From the NCBI GenBank assembly GCA_965222955.1, contig OZ244974.1:1536226-1600225 (forward strand): a stretch of DNA of 64,000 bases, in the 5' to 3' direction. The DNA is from Hyphomicrobiales bacterium (lineage in GTDB: Bacteria; Pseudomonadota; Alphaproteobacteria; Rhizobiales; CBDCVD01). The position numbers and the translations under genes are program-made. Position 1 is the first letter of the stretch; the number at the start of each line of letters is the position of its first letter. Shown here piece after piece: positions 59,801 through 64,000 of the stretch. The notes under the pieces were generated by a model. It had not been told where the DNA came from. It saw nothing but the letters and a program-made list of their open reading frames with translations, and searched no databases.

Positions 59801-60874
59801 GGAAAAGGCAACACTGTACACCCCATCGGCATGCTCCACAAAGCGATCGGCATGCCCCACAAAGCGCTGGATCTCCTTACCCGTAGCCGCGTCCCACAGC
59901 CGGGCGGTGTTGTCCCGGGACCCGGTGAGAACGGTGCCCCCGTCGGGGGAAAAGGCAACGCTCCAAACATTATCGGCATGCCCTTCAAAGCGCCGGATCT
60001 CCTTACCCGTGGCCGCGTCCCACAAACGGGCGGTCTTGTCCATAGAGCCGGTGAGAACGGTGCCCCCTTCGGGGGAAAAGGCAACACTGTACACCCCATC
60101 GGCATGCTCCACAAAGCGATCGGCATGCCCCACAAAGCGCTGGATCTCCTTACCCGTAGCCGCGTCCCACAGCCGGGCGGTGTTGTCCCGGGACCCGGTG
60201 AGAACGGTGCCCCCGTCGGGGGAAAAGGCAACGCTCCAAACATTATCGGCATGCCCTTCAAAGCGCCGGATCTCCTTACCCGTGGCCGCGTCCCACAAAC
60301 GGGCGGTCTTGTCCATAGAGCCGGTGAGAACGGTGCCCCCTTCGGGGGAAAAGGCAACACTGTACACCCCATCGGCATGCTCCACAAAGCGATCGGCATG
60401 CCCCACAAAGCGCTGGATCTCCTTACCCGTAGCCGCGTCCCACAGCCGGGCGGTGTTGTCCCGGGACCCGGTGAGAACGGTGCCCCCGTCGGGGGAAAAG
60501 GCAACGCTGGTCACCCAAAAGGCATGCCCCAATTGGGCAAAGACGCGAATGTCGTCCGCGGCCGCTTGTGCAATGAGGGCATTGCCGGTGCCATTTGAGC
60601 CACCGGATGCCGCTATCAAATATTTATTATTCACCCAGGCTTCCTCGCCTGAGGCAAGACGCACCCGGCTCCAGTCCCCGTCGCGGGCCAACTCCTCCAC
60701 CACGGCGCCCGGGGGCAGCACATCGACTTTATCGTACTCCGGTCCCGGCCCTTGCCGCACGTTCAACTCTGTATCCGGCCTGACCTTGTATGTCGCGGCA
60801 AAAGCGGCCTCGCCCCACAACAATAGAGCGGCAACAAAACAAACAATAAAACCAATAACACGCCGTTCACGCAT
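56816..60874 (-). CDS. Secreted SH3-domain + 27x WD40-repeat protein (1352 aa)
   Basis: It has a signal-like N-terminus MRERRVIGFIVCFVAALLLWGEAAFAA. A bacterial SH3-like segment follows (YKVRPDTELNVRQGPGPEYDKVDVLPPGAVVEELARDGDWSRVRL). After that come 27 units of the form GH..V.SVAFSPDG.TVLTGS.D.TARLWDAATGKEIRRFE. The large antisense ORFs are shadows. Confidence 0.85.
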   Translation of the reverse strand: MRERRVIGFIVCFVAALLLWGEAAFAATYKVRPDTELNVRQGPGPEYDKVDVLPPGAVVEELARDGDWSRVRLASGEEAWVNNKYLIAASGGSNGTGNALIAQAAADDIRVFAQLGHAFWVTSVAFSPDGGTVLTGSRDNTARLWDAATGKEIQRFVGHADRFVEHADGVYSVAFSPEGGTVLTGSMDKTARLWDAATGKEIRRFEGHADNVWSVAFSPDGGTVLTGSRDNTARLWDAATGKEIQRFVGHADRFVEHADGVYSVAFSPEGGTVLTGSMDKTARLWDAATGKEIRRFEGHADNVWSVAFSPDGGTVLTGSRDNTARLWDAATGKEIQRFVGHADRFVEHADGVYSVAFSPEGGTVLTGSMDKTARLWDAATGKEIRRFEGHADNVWSVAFSPDGGTVLTGSRDNTARLWDAATGKEIQRFVGHADRFVEHADGVYSVAFSPEGGTVLTGSMDKTARLWDAATGKEIRRFEGHADNVWSVAFSPDGGTVLTGSRDNTARLWDAATGKEIQRFVGHADRFVEHADGVYSVAFSPEGGTVLTGSMDKTARLWDAATGKEIRRFEGHADNVWSVAFSPDGGTVLTGSRDNTARLWDAATGKEIQRFVGHADRFVEHADGVYSVAFSPEGGTVLTGSMDKTARLWDAATGKEIRRFEGHADYVSSVAFSPDGRTVFTNSMDNTARLWDAATGKEIRRFEGHAEGVWSVAFSPDGRTVLTGSWDNTAQLWDAATGKEIRRFEGHADYVSSVAFSPDGGTVLTGSRDSTARLWDVATGEEIRRFEGHSRDVTSVAFSPDGRTVLTGSVDNTARLWDAATGKEIRRFVGHSHVVSSVAFSPDGRTVLTGAWDNTARLWDAATGKEIRRFEGHAYDVTSVAFSPDGRTVLTGAWDNTARLWDAATGKEIRRFEGHAYDVTSVAFSPDGRTVLTGSWDDTARLWDAATGKQIRRFEGHSRPASSAAFSPDGRTVLTGSFDNIARLWDAATGKEIRRFEGHAGAVFSVAFSPDGRTVLTGSVDNTAWLWDAATGEEIRRFQGHADTVRSVAFSPDGGTVLTGSVDDTTRLWDAVTGKELRRFEGHSGYVTSVAFSPDGRTVLTGSWDHIARLWDATTGKEIRRFEGHSRDVTSVAFSPDGRTVLTGAEDETARLWDAATGKEIRRFVGHAGAVFSVAFSPDGRTMLTGSWNDTARLWDAATGKEIRRFEGHSGNPNSVAFSPDGGTVLTGSGDDTARLWDAATGKEIQRFEGHSVNVRSIAFSPDGRTVLTGSGDDTTRLWDVATGKELARFIAFKDGTWLVITPEGFFNASSPEAAKHLNVVRGLEVLSIDNFHDTLYRPDLVREALRGDPPG
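58883..60513. repeat. Six tandem 273-bp units inside the WD40 gene, identical by eye
   Basis: The string gcccttcaaagcgccggatctccttacccgtggccgcgtcccacaaacgg recurs at 58888 and 59161, and the pattern continues every 273 bp. Each unit encodes two WD repeats (42 + 49 aa). An additional 126-bp duplication lies at ~58131-58382. Confidence 0.85.
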
Positions 60875-60974
60875 CGCATCCCTGCCAGCTTGTTTGTCGA
60901 ATATAGCCCTTTGGCAATGTCTCCGGCAATATCTGTTTTACTACGGTATCTATTTTACTACGGTTCCCTCCAGA

Positions 60975-61080
60975 CTAGAGCATCGGACGCTTAAGTTGCA
61001 ACAATAACCCCGGTTATGGCTTATGATCAGATAAATGGCTTCACAGGCTGAAAAAGGATAGCGAGACCACTGTCCAGGGC
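60975..61080. repeat. Family J partial copy
   Basis: The sequence ctagagcatcggacgcttaagttgcaacaataaccccggttatggcttatgatcagataaatggcttcacaggctgaaaaaggatagcgagaccact matches the right half of the element at 7322-7680. Confidence 0.6.
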
Positions 61081-61087
61081 CGCGACC

Positions 61088-61274
61088 GCAGCACCCGATG
61101 GTTTTTTCGAGAACAACCTGTTGAGCTTACACATCCAGATGTGTAACTTCAAAAGGTTGTCCCTGGTACACGTATCAGAGGGATGGCCCGGTATGGCCTC
61201 TCTGACGGCAGGCGTGCAGGAGATGTACCCTCGAACCTGCCTGTCCCGGGAACAACGTGCTGAAAGATCACATC
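61088..61274. mobile_element. Family C elements (two halves back to back), 25 nt upstream of the argH ORF
   Basis: One half reads ...cacccgatggttttttcgagaacaacctgttgagcttacacat. The other reads ccagatgtgtaacttcaaaaggttgtccc...cccgggaacaacgtgctgaaagatcacat. Confidence 0.6.
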
Positions 61275-61299
61275 CGCACCGTTTTGGCATACGCGAATA

Positions 61300-62733
61300 G
61301 TGGAACAATACGTGAAAAAGAAAACCCCGGCAAAAAGGCGCGAACTGGCGCGCAATATGATGTGGGGCGGTCGCTTTAGCGGCGCTCCCGACAGGCTTAT
61401 GGAAGAAATCAACGCCTCGATTGCAATCGACAAGCGGTTGTATCGCGAGGACATCGCCGGCTCCATCGCCCATGCACACATGCTGGCGGACCGCGAAATC
61501 ATCTCGGCGGCGGATGCGCGCCGTATCATCGGCGGATTGCGCCGCATCGAAAAGGAAATCGCCGCGCAGGACTTCTCCTATAGCAATGCTCTTGAAGATA
61601 TTCACATGCACATCGAGGCGCGGCTGTCCGAACTGATCGGACCGGCGGCGGGGCGCCTGCACACGGCGCGCTCGCGCAACGATCAGGTGGCGCTCGACTT
61701 TCGTCTGTGGGTAAAGTCATGCTGTCAGGAGATTGTAAGTGCCATTGATCATCTGCTCAAGGCGCTTGTCATCCAGGCCGAGGCGGGTGCGGCGCTGGTC
61801 ATGCCCGGCTTTACCCATTTGCAGGTGGCACAACCGATCACATTCGGCCATCATCTGCTCGCCTATGCAGAGAGTCTTCAGCGCGACCGCAGCCGTTTTA
61901 CGGATGCGCTCCGGCGTATGGACGAATCGCCTCTGGGCGCTGCCGCCCTGGCCGGAACCTCCTTTCCCATCGATCGCAAGGCAACCGCCAGGGCGCTTGG
62001 TTTTCGCGCGCCCATGGCAAACTCCATCGATAGTGTCTCGGCGCGCGATTTTGCCCTGGAATTTCTGTCGGCGGCGGCGATTTGCGCGAGCAATCTGTCG
62101 CGCCTGGCGGAAGAGATCGTAATCTGGTCATCGGCGCAATTCGCCTTTGTCACCTTGTCGGACAGCTTTTCCACCGGCTCGTCCATCATGCCGCAAAAGC
62201 GCAATCCCGATGCTGCCGAACTGGTGCGCGCCAAGGCCGGGCGCATCATCGGCGCGCTGAATACCCTGCTGATTGTCATGAAGGGCCTGCCGCTGGCCTA
62301 TTCAAAAGACATGCAGGAGGACAAGGCGCCGGTCTTCGATGCCGGCGATACGCTTCTTCTCGCCCTGGCCGCCATGAGCGGTATGATCACGGATTTGCGG
62401 CCAAACGCGCGCGCCATGGCCGCCGCATCCGCCGTCGGCTACTCGACGGCGACCGATCTGGCCGACTGGCTGGTGCGGGTCGGCGGTCTTACCTTTCGTC
62501 ATGCCCATCATGTGACGGGCCGTATTGTCGCCCTTGCCCAGCATGAGGGGGTCGGTCTTGCCGAAGTGCCCCTTGAGCAGATGCAAAAAATCGAGGAATG
62601 TATCACGGCGGACATTTTCTCGGTGCTTGACGTGCAAAGTTCTGTTAAAAGCCGTAACAGCTATGGGGGTACTGCTCCCTCCAATGTGCGCGCCCAGGTG
62701 CGTCGCTGGAAGCGGCGCCTGGGATTGAAATAG
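61300..62733 (+). CDS. argH: Argininosuccinate lyase
   Basis: It contains …[22 protein letters not shown]… and …[18 protein letters not shown]… (the lyase signature). The start may be Met20 (61357) instead. Confidence 0.9.
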   Translation: MEQYVKKKTPAKRRELARNMMWGGRFSGAPDRLMEEINASIAIDKRLYREDIAGSIAHAHMLADREIISAADARRIIGGLRRIEKEIAAQDFSYSNALEDIHMHIEARLSELIGPAAGRLHTARSRNDQVALDFRLWVKSCCQEIVSAIDHLLKALVIQAEAGAALVMPGFTHLQVAQPITFGHHLLAYAESLQRDRSRFTDALRRMDESPLGAAALAGTSFPIDRKATARALGFRAPMANSIDSVSARDFALEFLSAAAICASNLSRLAEEIVIWSSAQFAFVTLSDSFSTGSSIMPQKRNPDAAELVRAKAGRIIGALNTLLIVMKGLPLAYSKDMQEDKAPVFDAGDTLLLALAAMSGMITDLRPNARAMAAASAVGYSTATDLADWLVRVGGLTFRHAHHVTGRIVALAQHEGVGLAEVPLEQMQKIEECITADIFSVLDVQSSVKSRNSYGGTAPSNVRAQVRRWKRRLGLK

Positions 62734-62823
62734 AGCCCCCGCCGTCGCGCCGGGACGGCACAACGGGCTGCCTGGTAATGGGCTGCATATTGGAGTGCCG
62801 GGTTTGCAATACAGGGGAAGCAT

Positions 62824-63204
62824 GTGAGCGTATTTTCAGGACAGCGGGCAAATGCGCTGACGCGCCGCGCGATGATCGCCGCGTTGGGGTTAACGGGCCT
62901 GGGACTGACAGGGTGCGGCCGGCGCGGTGCGCTGGAGGCGCCGCCGACAGCGGCGGCGCGCAAGGCGCGGGCCGTGGACGCCGGTACGATGGCGCCGGCA
63001 ACATCCGCCACGGCGCCCGTAAATCCACCCCAGGGGCCTCCTGTTGTCATCGAGCCGGTCGATGCGGACAGGCCCACCGGCTGGGCCGGAAAAGACGATG
63101 AGGACGACAGATCAACCGATACCAACGTGGGAACGCGACCGCGCGCCAGGGGCGCCGGTTCGGATCGCAGAACAAAACCCTTCATTCTCGATTGGCTGTT
63201 ATAG
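62824..63204 (+). CDS. Small putative lipoprotein between argH and lysA
   Basis: It has a lipobox-like LGLTGCG after a hydrophobic segment, a Pro/Ala-rich body and the C-terminus KPFILDWLL. The function is unknown and the call is weak. Confidence 0.45.
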   Translation: MSVFSGQRANALTRRAMIAALGLTGLGLTGCGRRGALEAPPTAAARKARAVDAGTMAPATSATAPVNPPQGPPVVIEPVDADRPTGWAGKDDEDDRSTDTNVGTRPRARGAGSDRRTKPFILDWLL

Positions 63205-63238
63205 AGCCGCTCTTTAATCCTGACAGCGTTGAGCCTCC

Positions 63239-64000
63239 ATGGTCCATCATTTTCACTACAGGAATGCGCGGCTGTGCGCCGAGGACGTGGATATTGCCAC
63301 CCTTGCTGATGACGTCGGTACGCCGTTCTATTGTTATTCAAGTGCGACGCTAAGGCGTCACTATCGCGTTCTTTGCGAGGCTTTTGGCGCGCTTGATCAT
63401 ATGATCTGCTATTCCGTGAAGGCGAACTCGAATCAGTCGGTGATCGCCACCCTGGTGCAGGCGGGCGCCGGGGTGGATGTGGTTTCACAAGGGGAGTTGC
63501 AGCGCGCCCTCGCAGCCGGTGCGCGGGCCGATCGCATTGTCTTTTCCGGCGTCGGCAAGCGCGGTGACGAGATGCGCGCGGCGTTGGAGGCGCAAATATA
63601 CTGCTTTAACGTCGAATCCGCCGCCGAGCTGGAAACCCTGGACCGCATCGCCACACAGATGGGTGTACAGGCGCCGGTATCGATACGCATCAACCCCGAT
63701 GTGGACGCACAGACCCACGCCAAGATCACCACCGGCAGGGCGGAGAATAAATTTGGCGTTGCCTTCTCGCAGGTGCGCAACATGTATCGGCGCGCCGCCG
63801 CGCTCAGTGGTATCGATGTGCGTGGCATCGATATGCATATCGGCAGCCAGGTCAGCGAACTGGCGCCATTTGATGACGCCTTTGCCCGTTTGCGTGAAAT
63901 GGTATTGCTGTTACGAAACGATGGCCACACAATCACCCATGTCAATCTTGGCGGTGGTCTGGGCATTCCCTATGGCCCCTGTGACGATGACGATACGCCT
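63239..64000 (+). CDS. lysA: Diaminopimelate decarboxylase, N-terminal part (runs off the right edge)
   Basis: Hand translation gives MVHHFHYRNARLCAEDVDIATLADDVGTPFYCYSSATLRRHYRVLCEAFGALDHMICYSVKANSNQSVIATLVQAGAGVDVVSQGEL... The YSVKAN stretch supplies the PLP-lysine context. The frame is open to the window end. Confidence 0.9.
   Translation, partial: MVHHFHYRNARLCAEDVDIATLADDVGTPFYCYSSATLRRHYRVLCEAFGALDHMICYSVKANSNQSVIATLVQAGAGVDVVSQGELQRALAAGARADRIVFSGVGKRGDEMRAALEAQIYCFNVESAAELETLDRIATQMGVQAPVSIRINPDVDAQTHAKITTGRAENKFGVAFSQVRNMYRRAAALSGIDVRGIDMHIGSQVSELAPFDDAFARLREMVLLLRNDGHTITHVNLGGGLGIPYGPCDDDDTP

Overview
This is a high-GC chromosomal segment that reads as alphaproteobacterial. Supporting signs are a circularly permuted two-piece tmRNA with tag ANDNYAEVRLAA, a dnaB-alr-radA block, an alpha-type SspB, guaB-rsmB-guaA, and argH-lipoprotein-lysA. 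I call about 45 protein genes. They include two ABC importers: a betaine/choline-type system next to choline sulfatase betC, and potFGHI. They also include galU, gcdH, a GGDEF-EAL protein, a 1056-aa autotransporter, trkH, metZ, long-form dcd, fumC and rlmE. RNA genes are tRNA-Gly(CCC), tRNA-Lys(CUU) and ssrA. There is no rRNA and no CRISPR array. Three things stand out. (1) Most intergenic gaps carry small non-coding mobile repeats. I see ten repeat families of MITE/REP-like elements, labelled A-J here. Where flanks are readable they sit at TA, TNA or CTAG sites. They nest inside each other several levels deep. They sit exactly on stop codons or just upstream of start codons. In one place they form a 5-copy head-to-tail array. 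(2) A type II-C CRISPR-Cas operon (cas9-cas1-cas2) is being dismantled. cas9 has lost about 140 N-terminal codons (RuvC-I and bridge helix) next to a solo MITE end. cas1 is split by a nested MITE insertion that can be excised in silico to restore the frame. cas2 is intact, and array and tracrRNA are absent. (3) Downstream of tRNA-Lys lies an islet with IS3/IS5 transposase wreckage and a 1352-aa secreted SH3 + 27xWD40 protein. Its gene contains six by-eye-identical 273-bp tandem units. A LysR / KamA-like radical SAM / ALDH7 / LysDH-like lysine-catabolism cluster is also present, chopped up by MITE clusters. All functional calls rest on motif recognition in the supplied translations and hand translation. 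Repeat boundaries are good to a few bp. No database search or RNA folding was possible.
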